DNA of 64,000 nt, taken from IMG/VR virus record IMGVR_UViG_2061766007_000275, one strand, 5' to 3'. The notes under the pieces were generated by a model. The model saw only the letters and a list, made by a program, of their open reading frames with translations. It did not search any database and was not told the DNA's origin. Numbering within the stretch: the first letter of the stretch is position 1; every line of letters begins with the position of its first letter. Below are positions 19,477 to 29,594 of this stretch, in pieces. The stretch is from an uncultured virus (IMG/VR IMGVR_UViG_2061766007_000275). Taxonomy: Duplodnaviria > Heunggongvirae > Uroviricota > Caudoviricetes. A program made the position numbers and the translations under genes.

Positions 19477-20906
19477 TTATTCTATTATAGGCTGTACTTG
19501 TGCATCTAAATCTAATTTGCAAAGCATCCCGTCTTTCATATATACACAGTTAGCATCACATTGAATAAATTTAGGTTCACCGAGTTTCATTAAAGTACAA
19601 ATACGTATCTCATTTTCACCATAAGGAATTACAGTTTTAAAAATAGTACCAGCTTCAAGATATTTAAATTTAGTAACTTTAATTATCTTATCATCAACCT
19701 TCATATTTTTTCTCCTTTTTTATTTTCTATATATATTATAACAAAAATTTTTCAAAAAATAAAGAGCCGCAAGATATACCTGCGGCTTTTATAATTAAAA
19801 GTGGATTTCAATTTTTCCATCTTTATCAAATAACTTTATAATACCAGTTAGAATTAATTTGATAATCATTCTAACAATAGTAAAAATTAATAGTATACCA
19901 AATATTTGAAAAAATTCTAACTGCGGAAGGTCATAAATGGGTACTACAAAAGTATTCCAAATCCATAAATCAACGCCTGTGCTAATAACTATTAAAACAA
20001 GAATAAGTAAAATACTAAGCAACATAATTTTTCTCCTTATGTTTGAATTGGAGGCTCAGGAAATTCAGCCCAATAAGTCGCGCTTTCTCCATGATATTCA
20101 AATTTCTTGCTTAATGCATTCCATACATCACTAGTTGTAACAAAGTTTTTCTGGCTAGTATCATAATAAACTACTAATAAATATTTATTATGATAATAAT
20201 CTGAAGGAGCATGATACTTTACTTCTTGCCAATCAAGATTATAAAGGCTTTGAACTTTAGTATTACTATAACCAGCTTCCGCCATAAGCTTCTTCCCGCC
20301 AGCTATAATTGTTTCTGCCATTTCATATGACGATAATGAATTCCATTCTTCGGTATCTTCAGGCTGAACTTTTGTAGATACTTCTACAAAATCATCATCA
20401 TCATAATATCTATCTTCATCTTTAGTTCCATAATTAAAAGTTAAAGTAAGTTCACCATATTTACTCATCTTTTATTCTCCTTAATAACTATCATAAAATT
20501 CAATTTCTATATCATCATCAGTAATACCTACATTGTTAATATCCTCAATAAGTTCAGTAACAAGGTAAATTATTTTTGCAGTATTACTTAAACTCTGCTC
20601 CCAACTCCAGATACTTCCACCATTTTCATTCCATTTTCTTTTGCTAAGGAAAGAAATCATTATCTGTTTAATAGTATAAAGATCTGCAATATTTAAAATT
20701 CCGCCATTGCCATCTTCAATTTGCTCAAAAGCATTCATAAATACATTTCTTACATTTGAACACTTTCGCCAATAAGCAAGTTCATAACCACTATCATAAG
20801 TATCAAATTCAAAATTCTGATACTTACTTGCAAAATCTTCAAGAAACTTATCACCCTTATAGCTTTTTGCTCTTACAACTAAACCATTTTCAAGTCCCAT
20901 AATCAT
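19477..20906 (-). other. hypothetical genes (19477-19704, 19795-20025 membrane, 20037-20468, 20481-20906)
   Basis: ORFs with SDs; the last has the common phage MGL...YWRK...FYDSY motif. Confidence 0.65.
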
Positions 20907-21003
20907 TATCCCCTTTCTTATTTTCTATAAATATTATAACAAAAATTTTTAAGAAAATCAATTAAGCAATATTCCGCTAGAGAATTGAATTCTTGGAACT
21001 GCA

Positions 21004-21088
21004 CGCCGCAGGAGAGATTTGAACTCTCAGAGCCTTTCAGCCCAACGCTTTTCAGGAGCGCGCCTCCTCCCCACTAAGGTACCGCGGC
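21004..21088 (-). tRNA. tRNA-Ser(TGA)
   Basis: GCCGCGG/CTGCGGC acceptor, long variable arm, loop CCTGAAA (atypical C33), G73. Confidence 0.75.
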
Positions 21089-21179
21089 TTAAATAAGACA
21101 GGCTAATGCGGGTTGCACACCTTATGTGAGTTGGTCCTCAAGTGTCCCGCATTTAGCAATATTCTCTTCTCTGTCTTAG

Positions 21180-21253
21180 TACTGGCGACTGGATTTGAAC
21201 CAATGACCCCGGCTTTATCAGAGCCGTGCTCTAACCTACTGAGCTACGCCAGT
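21180..21253 (-). tRNA. tRNA-Ile(GAT)
   Basis: Cloverleaf, CGGCT-CTGATAA-AGCCG. Confidence 0.95.
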
Positions 21254-21408
21254 ATGAGGCTTTTTGGGAACTTTCCTATCGTTCTTATACCTTTACGATG
21301 CTCTACGCCAAAGCATCAAGCGGTGTCCCTTTTGCGTATGCTAGATAAAAGCCTTAAAATCCTAGGTTGTAATTATAATAAAAATTATGATGTTTCGCTT
21401 ACAATTTA

Positions 21409-22098
21409 TTATTTGTAATACCTTGTTTTTCTTTCTGAATTTATAAAATCAGCTGCAATATCCTGTTTAGTTTTAAGAGTTTTCTTACTTTCTTCTTTTT
21501 TAATAGCTTCTGCGGCTTCTCCACTCAACCATTTTATAAATTCATCTATTTGTTGATACTGAGTTTTCTTTTTCTCAGAAGGTTCAGGCTCTTCATTGAA
21601 ATTTTTAGCATTAACTTCCTTTAAATCAACATCAGTAGGAAATGCTTTGTAATAAAGTGTATCAAGAGCATCAAATTCTTCATCAAGAATTTTTGTAACT
21701 ATTTTATTAATAGCTACTATTAAAGCTAAAGACTCTTCGGTATTCTTTCTCATTCCATTATTAGGAAGCTGTAAAAAATCATCTAATAATATGGAGTTAT
21801 CACCAATTATATCATATTCATAAACTTCTATACATTGATCAATTTCAAGAAAAGCTGCTTTGTTTATTGCTCTTGCAAATCTTACAAATTCTTTAATAAC
21901 AAAAGCTCCATATCTCTGTTCTGGTGTATATTTCTTTATTTTTGTTATACTTTTTGCAGCATCTATCCAAGTTTCTTGCTGCTGTTCAGTATACTTTGAC
22001 CAAGCATTATAGCCTGCTTTTGAAAAAAGTCCTTTCTTCACTTCATCAACTGTTATTGTATTCAATATTTTATTTACATCTACATTAGAAAACTTCAT
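21409..22098 (-). CDS. hypothetical protein
   Basis: 229-aa ORF with SD and promoter. Confidence 0.8.
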   Translation of the reverse strand: MKFSNVDVNKILNTITVDEVKKGLFSKAGYNAWSKYTEQQQETWIDAAKSITKIKKYTPEQRYGAFVIKEFVRFARAINKAAFLEIDQCIEVYEYDIIGDNSILLDDFLQLPNNGMRKNTEESLALIVAINKIVTKILDEEFDALDTLYYKAFPTDVDLKEVNAKNFNEEPEPSEKKKTQYQQIDEFIKWLSGEAAEAIKKEESKKTLKTKQDIAADFINSERKTRYYK

Positions 22099-22163
22099 TT
22101 TTATTTCTCCTTTTTATTCTTTTTTATTTTCTAAATATATTATACCAAAAATTTTTTATAAAA

Positions 22164-22418
22164 TCAATTATCTTTCATTACTTCAGCTTCTGGTTCATGA
22201 AAATCTGGAGTTTCTATAATCAAATCTATTTTTTTCTGCCTTAAACTATATTCATTCTGGCGGACAAGCCCTTTTTCTCCAGCTAGTTGTGATACAAAAC
22301 ATTCACAAACTGGTATAAGACTCTGAGGGCTTCCCGCAGATCTTATAGATAGCTTTTCTTTTGCGCAAAAGCCTTCATTATAAAATGGGCATTCTTGAAA
22401 CACGCACGTTACTATCAT
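22164..22418 (-). CDS. Cys-rich hypothetical protein
   Basis: C...CPFY..G.C motif. Confidence 0.6.
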   Translation of the reverse strand: MIVTCVFQECPFYNEGFCAKEKLSIRSAGSPQSLIPVCECFVSQLAGEKGLVRQNEYSLRQKKIDLIIETPDFHEPEAEVMKDN

Positions 22419-22647
22419 TTTTCTTCTCCTTCTTACTCCACATAATAAATCCCATTATATTTAATAGAAAATAAACAACATACATAAATATCATAGACCA
22501 ATTTGGAATTTCTAAAATTACAAAATTATAAATAATCCAAGTAATGTTAGATACACACCAAATAATAAAACCAATTCTTAATTTAAAATTTACCAACAGG
22601 TTGCCCAATAGAGCAAACACTGTTGATACTATTGATATTATGTCCAA
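22378..22647 (-). CDS. PnuC-like (nicotinamide riboside transporter-like) membrane protein
   Basis: Hydrophobic; GF..W..SN..W...Y....GF..W pattern. Confidence 0.65.
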   Translation of the reverse strand: MDIISIVSTVFALLGNLLVNFKLRIGFIIWCVSNITWIIYNFVILEIPNWSMIFMYVVYFLLNIMGFIMWSKKEKKNDSNVRVSRMPIL

Positions 22648-23438
22648 ATCTTTTCATAGTCCTCTGCTGTAGACTTACCACTTATCATCTCACATTTATT
22701 ATAAATGCAAGTTGCGGGAAGACCATGCGATGCCAGAGATTTATCTCTATGATAGTGTCCAAAATAATGATGTTGATATTTAACATTATTACATACTTTT
22801 GTTAAAAAGGTAGTTAGTTGATCACCTTCAACGAACCCCATCATTGCAAGTTCAATGTTACTTGCACAATGTGTAATAATATAATCAACTTCAAAATTAT
22901 TGGCTTCAAGGTTCTTCCAAGCTTCCGCATATTCCTCAGCAGATGGCATTTCCTCCTTCCACCATGTTAAATGATTAATACGGAAAGCTTTGCCTTCTTT
23001 CCACCATTCTTTTATTTTCTGGTTTTCATCAGGCTCAAGAATTCCGTCCCAGATATCATGACTTGCAGCCCCGCCCATTGTAAAAAACTTCTTGCCTTCA
23101 ATAGTAAATACCTGTCCCCGCATTAAATGGATAGCTTTACCAATCCGATGAATTTTGCCACCATTCCATTCCTCAACTGGAAAATCGTTCAGCAATTCGT
23201 GATTTTCATGGTTTCCATCTACAAAAAGGACAGTAAAAGGACACTTTTCTAACCATCTTAACTGTTTTTCATATGTTCTAACCTTTTGATTTTTATACCA
23301 AACTAGTCCAAAGTCGCCACAAATGATTAAATAATCATTCTTGCTACAACCCTTCATTGGACCATCTTTAATTGCGTTTAATTTGTTCCACTCTACTTCT
23401 CCATGAATATCCCCTGTAACGAAAATCATCTTAATCAC
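22638..23438 (-). CDS. calcineurin-like metallophosphoesterase
   Basis: GDIHG, GDFG, DGNHEN, TH, FGHYH. Confidence 0.9.
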   Translation of the reverse strand: MIKMIFVTGDIHGEVEWNKLNAIKDGPMKGCSKNDYLIICGDFGLVWYKNQKVRTYEKQLRWLEKCPFTVLFVDGNHENHELLNDFPVEEWNGGKIHRIGKAIHLMRGQVFTIEGKKFFTMGGAASHDIWDGILEPDENQKIKEWWKEGKAFRINHLTWWKEEMPSAEEYAEAWKNLEANNFEVDYIITHCASNIELAMMGFVEGDQLTTFLTKVCNNVKYQHHYFGHYHRDKSLASHGLPATCIYNKCEMISGKSTAEDYEKIWT

Positions 23439-23465
23439 CTTCCTTTTCTCATTTTCTATAATAAT

Positions 23466-23640
23466 TTTATCAAAAATTTTTTAAGGTGTCAAGCGGTTTT
23501 TCTTTTTAGAATAAATCCTTCTTAAAACTGGCTTTGGGCGGACCGCTCACATAGATAATCTCACGTAATTTTAAAATCAAAATAGGCTCCTTAGATTTTT
23601 TTGTCCAAAATTGATTTTTTAAAAAATTTTTGATAAAATT
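23466..23640. promoter_or_regulatory. divergent promoter pair
   Basis: Minus-strand TTGACA...TAAAAT (23492-23466) and plus-strand TTGATT...TAAAAT (23611-23639) at the strand switch. Confidence 0.8.
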
Positions 23641-23668
23641 ATTATAGAAAATGAAAAGGAGAAAAACT

Positions 23669-24442
23669 ATGAAATTATTTTTAGATAAGCAAGCTGAAGG
23701 ATGGGAACCCGCTGGTGATATCTTTAATGATAATAATAGATTTTATAAACCAATGCGAAAAGGCTCTGAAACCAAAAGCTTTAGAGTATTTACTGAAATA
23801 GAGAAAAAAGCTTATGATAAAGCAGATTTGATCCTTACAAACGAGAAAGATAAGTTCTTAAATTATCAGGATAATGAAACAAATCAAGAGATAACTAAAT
23901 GGTGTCTTAATAATGGTTTCAATAGCCAAAGAATAACATTTTGCATCATTGGCAATACTTACTCAATTAAAGATTTACTGAAAGAGGCGGGATGCCGCTT
24001 TCATGAAAAATTAGGCTGGCATTGTTATGAACCATTGAGCTTATCTTCAGCTTATGCTATTGAACCAATATCATTTGATGATGCTTTCGTTTGGGATAAA
24101 GATAAGTCAAAGGCAATACCACGGGAAGCTGTCAAGCGCCTTGAAGCTGTGGTTCCCGCAATTGAATGGGCTGGAGACATTGGAGATACTATTGAAAATC
24201 TCGAAGTAACTTTAGTTAGAAGAACTTCATTTCAAAGTAAATATGGAACAAGTTATATTTATACTTTTTGTACTGATAAAAATGTATTAGTTTGGACAAC
24301 TAAAACATCACTTGATATTGAAGAAGGTCGCAATTTAATTTTATTAAAAGCTAAAATTAAAAATCTTGAAACTTATAAAGATTTAAAACAAACTGTAATT
24401 AAAAATGCATCATTCTCTTTGGCTATACCTATGAAAGTCTAA
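23669..24442 (+). CDS. hypothetical protein, possible C-terminal OB-fold
   Basis: Long ORF; GNTYSIKDLLKEAG.RF motif; beta-rich C-terminus. Confidence 0.7.
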   Translation: MKLFLDKQAEGWEPAGDIFNDNNRFYKPMRKGSETKSFRVFTEIEKKAYDKADLILTNEKDKFLNYQDNETNQEITKWCLNNGFNSQRITFCIIGNTYSIKDLLKEAGCRFHEKLGWHCYEPLSLSSAYAIEPISFDDAFVWDKDKSKAIPREAVKRLEAVVPAIEWAGDIGDTIENLEVTLVRRTSFQSKYGTSYIYTFCTDKNVLVWTTKTSLDIEEGRNLILLKAKIKNLETYKDLKQTVIKNASFSLAIPMKV

Positions 24443-24457
24443 AGATCCGCAATCCTT

Positions 24458-24510
24458 TTGATTTTTTAAAAAATTTTTGTTATAATATTTATAGAAAATG
24501 AGAAAGGGAG
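24458..24510 (+). promoter_or_regulatory. representative of a highly conserved phage promoter TTGATTTT..AAAAATTTTTGTTATAATATTTATAGAAAAT
   Basis: Near-identical copies at 23611, 27792, 29511, 30858, 31258, 33750, 33845, 35391, 37466 (+) and ~13941, 15934, 16961, 17926, 20933, 22140 (-). Confidence 0.9.
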
Positions 24511-24519
24511 TAAAAATTT

Positions 24520-25278
24520 ATGAATTATAATGAACGTCAGGTTCTTGATGCTTTAAACAATCTTGATAAGGTAATAAACGAAGATGAATTATGTGATGAT
24601 TGTTTATGCTGTATTAGCGATGATATATATGATTGTACTAATTATAATGAAGATAATTGCGATATTTGTAGTGGAGCAAGCAAAGTTTGTATCATTCCTA
24701 AAGATGCAGATTATGTTATAAAAATTCCTTATTACTATCTATCAGACGACTCAAGCTCTGGGTTCTATAACTCATATGGTTATTGGGAGCCTAACGAGGA
24801 TGGAGGTAGATGTGAATTGTTTTATAATTATTGCAATCGTGAAGCAAACTTTTATAAAAAAGCTGAAACCGAATATAAAGGTGCTGAATTATTCCTTGCA
24901 AAAACTCAGAGAATTTTTAGAGGTAATGTAATTGAAGGATATGTTCAGGAAAAAGTAACTTGTTATTATGATTATCCTAAGGATAATGATTATGATTATG
25001 ATAAAGATTATGTTTATGATACAATAGAAGAAGATTATCGTAAAACTTCAAAGAATTCTTTAATCGGAGAAGTGCTTGATGATGATTTGTTTTGTGGTAT
25101 TCCTAGTTTTTGGTATAAGAAATTATTAGAATATGCAGTAAAAAATAACGCATTATCAGCAGTTGAAAACTTCTTTAAGTTTTTACTTGATAGTCGTATC
25201 AATGACTTAAATCCTAAAAATATTGGTTTCATCAATGATAAGCCTGTATTAATGGATTATGCTGGTTGGGAATGTTAA
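24520..25278 (+). CDS. protein-kinase-like (PKL) fold enzyme
   Basis: GASK, VIKIP, helix-C E, DLNPKNIG catalytic loop, LMDYAG. Confidence 0.7.
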   Translation: MNYNERQVLDALNNLDKVINEDELCDDCLCCISDDIYDCTNYNEDNCDICSGASKVCIIPKDADYVIKIPYYYLSDDSSSGFYNSYGYWEPNEDGGRCELFYNYCNREANFYKKAETEYKGAELFLAKTQRIFRGNVIEGYVQEKVTCYYDYPKDNDYDYDKDYVYDTIEEDYRKTSKNSLIGEVLDDDLFCGIPSFWYKKLLEYAVKNNALSAVENFFKFLLDSRINDLNPKNIGFINDKPVLMDYAGWEC

Positions 25279-25293
25279 GAAAGGAGAGTAAAG

Positions 25294-25748
25294 ATGGCTA
25301 AAGACAGGGCTATTTTATGTAGATTTTATATTTGTCGTGGGAAGTGTGAAAAAGGTAGAGATGCTAATTATAATGGCTTGTGTCAGCGTTGCCAGCTTTA
25401 TGAAAAAGCTCCGCATAGGAAGCCTTCCCGCACAAATGGCAAAAGAAACAAAGAAAAAGACAAATATATCGAATAAGGAGAATTAATATGGCTTTAATAT
25501 TTAAACAAAAAGGTTTTGGTGAGGTTCCCGCAAATATATTAAAAAATTTTGGTAATGGCTCCTCAATAATTACTATTGTAGAAAAAGGACCTAAGTTTTA
25601 TAGGTTTTATGGTCAAACAGGTGAAATATATTGGAGTTTTGTATATCCACCTAGTCAATATTGTTTAGATATGACTTGTAAAATGTTAAGGTATCCTAAT
25701 TGTATGGAAATTACAGAAGATGAATATAAGAAAGGAAGTGTAGACTAA
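25294..25748 (+). other. two small hypothetical genes (25294-25476 Cys-rich, 25488-25748)
   Basis: ORFs with SDs. Confidence 0.65.
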
Positions 25749-25750
25749 CA

Positions 25751-26962
25751 ATGTTAAATGCAAAAGGAGAGCGTGAATTAGCTTATGCTGTTGGTATTGA
25801 TGCTATTGAACCTATTGTTGGTTCTGACAACTGTGAGTGTGCGGTTGTTAATGGATGGAATATTCTTGTAAAGAAGAATGAATTTAAGCCCGGCGACATT
25901 GCAGTATATTTTGAAATAGATGCTAAAGTAGATCCGGAAAATCCTGCATTTGCTTTTCTTGAGAAGAAGCATTATGCAATAAAGACCCAGAAGTATACCT
26001 TCGGTGGGCGGGGTAATTTTATCTCACAGGGATTAATTATGCGGTTTGCTGACCTTGGTATTGAACCTGTAACTGAAGGAACTTTTTTAACTGAACAGTT
26101 AAAAGTTACTTATTATGTTCCAGAAGATAACAAGCGTAAGGCTGCTAACCCTGAGGATAAGTATAAGAAGATGGCTCAGCGTCATCCAACTATCTTCCGC
26201 AAGGGTTTTGTTAAGTGGCTTATGAAGAGAAATTGGGGTAAGAAATTACTATTCTTAATCTTCGGCAAGAAGAGAGTACCAGATACTGCTTTTCCTACTT
26301 GCTTCCCTTATATTAAGAAAACTGATCAGGAACGTTGCGAAAATATGACTTGGGTTCTTCAGGATAAAACTCCATTTATAGTAACTCAGAAATGTGATGG
26401 AAGTTCAGGTACTTATATTCTTGCAAGAAAGAAAAAGAGAAAGAATAAGTTTGAATTTTATGTATGTAGCCGTAATGTAAGACAGCTTACTCCAGACCAG
26501 AAATCTTTCTATGATGATAATTACTACTGGGAATGTGCTATTAAGTATGATATTGAAGCAAAACTTAAAGATTATCTTGAAAAGCATCCAGAGTTAGATT
26601 ATATTTGCTGGCAAGGTGAAGTATGTTCACCTAGCATTCAAAAAAATCCACACGGGTTAACTGAAACTCATCTATTCTGTTTCCATATGATAGATAGTCA
26701 GCGTGGAAAATATGATATGCGTGATGCTATCAAAATTTGGAAAGAATATGGAATGGAAACTGTCCCTATTGTTAATGAAAATTATATTCTTCCAGATGAT
26801 TTTGAAGCTTTTAAAGATAGTGCAACTGGATTTTATGATGCTAGTGTTTGTGAAGGTAAAACTCAGCAGGCTCGTGAAGGATATGTATATTATAAGACTA
26901 CTGATCCAGCATTTAGTTTTAAAAATGTAAGCCGTGAATATTTATTAGCTCATAATGGATAA
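25751..26962 (+). CDS. RNA ligase (Rnl2/DRB0094-like)
   Basis: Nucleotidyltransferase motifs KCDGSS, SRN, QGE, FCF, EGYV, FKNVS; N-terminal OB-like domain. Confidence 0.9.
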   Translation: MLNAKGERELAYAVGIDAIEPIVGSDNCECAVVNGWNILVKKNEFKPGDIAVYFEIDAKVDPENPAFAFLEKKHYAIKTQKYTFGGRGNFISQGLIMRFADLGIEPVTEGTFLTEQLKVTYYVPEDNKRKAANPEDKYKKMAQRHPTIFRKGFVKWLMKRNWGKKLLFLIFGKKRVPDTAFPTCFPYIKKTDQERCENMTWVLQDKTPFIVTQKCDGSSGTYILARKKKRKNKFEFYVCSRNVRQLTPDQKSFYDDNYYWECAIKYDIEAKLKDYLEKHPELDYICWQGEVCSPSIQKNPHGLTETHLFCFHMIDSQRGKYDMRDAIKIWKEYGMETVPIVNENYILPDDFEAFKDSATGFYDASVCEGKTQQAREGYVYYKTTDPAFSFKNVSREYLLAHNG

Positions 26963-27053
26963 TTTTTTTTGGACAAAATTCTTTCATTTAAGATTTGTAC
27001 TTTTTATATTTAGTAGTAAAATAAAGTACCAATCTAGAATGGAGGAATTTTTA

Positions 27054-27794
27054 ATGGGAAGTTTTATTGATTTAACTGGTAAAAAATTTGGACGATTATT
27101 AGTTCTAAGGAAGGCAGAAGAAAAGAGAGGTAAAGAAATTGTTTGGGTTTGTCAATGTGATTGTGGTAAAGAACATCATGTTGCTGGGTCAGATTTACGA
27201 TCGGGGAAAACAAAATCTTGTGGTTGCTATAAAACTGATTATAATAAATCAAAACAAGGTCCTTGGTTTATTGATTTAACAGGATTAAAGTTTGGACATT
27301 GGACTGTTTTACAAAGAGTAGAAAATAATTTGCATGGAGAAACACAATGGTTATGTGAATGTGATTGTGTTGCTCATACTAAACGAATTGTTACAGGCAG
27401 TTCTTTAAGAAAAGGATTATCGCTGTCTTGTGGATGTGAAAGACGATCGCATGGAGAATTAAAAATAGCAGAAATTTTATTTAATAATAATATTTCTTTT
27501 GAACAAGAATATAGACCTTTTAAATTTTCTAATGGATATTATGCTTCTTTTGATTTTTATGTTAATAACCAATATTTTATTGAATTTGATGGGATACAGC
27601 ATTTTAAGTCAAGAAAAAATAATAGTGGTTGGAATACAGAAAAAAGTCTTCAGCAAACGCAAGAACGAGATGCTATTAAAAATCAATGGTGTAAGGATAA
27701 TAACATCCCCTTAATCCGTATACCATATACACATTTAGAAAAATTAACTTTAGCTGATCTTCAATTAGAAACCAGTCAATTTATTGTTAGTTGA
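27054..27794 (+). mobile_element. freestanding homing endonuclease (two DLTGxKFG/CxCDC repeats plus PD-(D/E)xK-type domain)
   Basis: IDLTGKKFGRL, WVCQCDCG, SCGC repeats; FDFYV...IEFDGIQH...K..WC...I.LIRIPY. Confidence 0.8.
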
Positions 27795-27851
27795 TTTTTT
27801 AAAAAAATTAGTTTATAATATATATAGAAAATAAAGAAAGGGGAGAAAAAA

Positions 27852-28073
27852 TTGAAAGCAACACTTACTATGAATAATTTAACAGATATAGCTGAATTTT
27901 GTCGATTAGCTGTAAATGTTGAAGGTGGCGTCACAGTTTCAAGAGGAAAATTTGTAGTTGATGGTTCATCATATCTTGGAGTTCTTAGTATCAATCCTGT
28001 TGAACCAGTAACTGTCACTTGGGACGACTCGGAAGCTAATCTAGCTTTCACAAATTATGTTCTAGATAAATAA
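27852..28073 (+). CDS. HPr-like protein lacking His15
   Basis: VTVSRGKFVVDGSSYLGVLSI resembles the HPr Ser46 region. Confidence 0.65.
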   Translation: MKATLTMNNLTDIAEFCRLAVNVEGGVTVSRGKFVVDGSSYLGVLSINPVEPVTVTWDDSEANLAFTNYVLDK

Positions 28074-28172
28074 AATAGAACTTGAAAAATTAAAAAAATT
28101 TTGTTATAATATTTATGTATTATAATTCTTGCAAAAAACTAAAAACAAAAAAATTAAAGGAGAAAAATTAAA

Positions 28173-28538
28173 ATGGCAGAGAAGAAAATTACAATCGCTG
28201 AAAGAATTAGTGCAATTAAGGATGTTTTGGTAGCTAACGGTGCAGATGAAGAGCTTATTGCTTTCTGTGATGAAAGACTTGACAAGCTTGCAGAAAAGGC
28301 AGATAAGGCTAAAGCTAAGGCAGCTGAGAAGAAGGCAGAGTCTGATGGACTTGTTGATGCAATTCTTGGTGTACTTACAACTGAGCTTCAGACACCTGAT
28401 GAGATTGCTGATGCAATTGAAGGTTTTGAAGATGTTACAAGAGCAAAGGTTATCGCTCGTATGAAGGGACTTATTGAAGCTGGTAAGGCTGTTAAGGAAC
28501 AGAATAGCGATAAGAAGATGTGCTACAAGCTGGCTTAA
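28173..28538 (+). CDS. putative winged-helix DNA-binding protein, distant paralog of 4985/7195
   Basis: ILGVL...TPDEIADAI...TRAKVIARMKGL...YKLA. Confidence 0.55.
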   Translation: MAEKKITIAERISAIKDVLVANGADEELIAFCDERLDKLAEKADKAKAKAAEKKAESDGLVDAILGVLTTELQTPDEIADAIEGFEDVTRAKVIARMKGLIEAGKAVKEQNSDKKMCYKLA

Positions 28539-28601
28539 TCTAATTAAGTCTAAAAAATTTAGGGAGCCAATTCTGGCTCCCTTATTTTCGTAGGAGGTTT
28601 T

Positions 28602-29510
28602 ATGTATTTTTATTCAACAGAAGTAACTAAATATAATCATGATAAGCCAGAACAGTTAGAATGGTTCCCAGAACTTATTATCATAGAACGAAATGATGGT
28701 ACTGTTTTTGACTTTATGAAAAAATATGCGGAAGTGCGGTATTTCTACCCTTATGGCGGAGAGCGGCATTTTTATTCAGAAAAATTAGAACCACGTAGAT
28801 TTGTTATCAAACTTGATAATATTCAACAATTTTTGGATAACAACACCATTGATAGTTATGTTAAATTTCACAAAGAGAACCCCGAAATTTGGTTTGTTTT
28901 TTGCTTTTATAGAATGAGTGATTATGGGCCGCAGCTAGTTCAACTTATGCGAGATAATGATATGAAATTCTTCTATGCTGATTATGTGCGAACTTGGGAT
29001 ACACTTAATGGCTTTGTGAATGAAGGTGTTACAGATGTATATATTGTAGAAGAATTAGGTTTTAGTTTACAGACAATAGTAAACAAAGTAACAAGCAAAA
29101 AGAAAGTTAATATTAGAGTTATACCACATATTGCTCAAAGTTCTTTCCCTGGAACTCCAGCTATGCAGAAATTCTTTATCCGCCCTGATGATGTGGATAA
29201 ATATTATAATTATATAGATGTATTAGAATTCTTAAATATTCAAAATCCAAATGCATCTATTACTCTAGCTAAAATATACATTGGTGAAGGTTGGGCTGGT
29301 AATCTTTCTGAAATTATTAGTGATTTTAATGAGCCAATAGATAACAGAGATATTATATTGCCGGATTTTGCTAAAATAAGATCTGATTGCGGGCACCGCT
29401 GTATGAAGGGTAATGGCTGTAACTTATGTGTGCAGTGTGGCGAGACCGCAAAAAAGATAAAAGAAAAAGGTCTACTTAATGACAAATATCACGAGTTTAC
29501 TGATGCTTAA
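28602..29510 (+). CDS. hypothetical protein with C-terminal Cys cluster (possibly U32-peptidase-like)
   Basis: FIRPDD, CGHRC...CNLC. Confidence 0.5.
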   Translation: MYFYSTEVTKYNHDKPEQLEWFPELIIIERNDGTVFDFMKKYAEVRYFYPYGGERHFYSEKLEPRRFVIKLDNIQQFLDNNTIDSYVKFHKENPEIWFVFCFYRMSDYGPQLVQLMRDNDMKFFYADYVRTWDTLNGFVNEGVTDVYIVEELGFSLQTIVNKVTSKKKVNIRVIPHIAQSSFPGTPAMQKFFIRPDDVDKYYNYIDVLEFLNIQNPNASITLAKIYIGEGWAGNLSEIISDFNEPIDNRDIILPDFAKIRSDCGHRCMKGNGCNLCVQCGETAKKIKEKGLLNDKYHEFTDA

Positions 29511-29594
29511 TTGATTTTTTATAAAATTTTTATTATAATATATATAGAAAATGAAAGAGAAATAAAAATCAAAAAATAAAAAGGAGTGAAGATT

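Noticed and set aside
21113..21418. Plus-strand ORF
   Set aside because: Antisense shadow of tRNA-Ile
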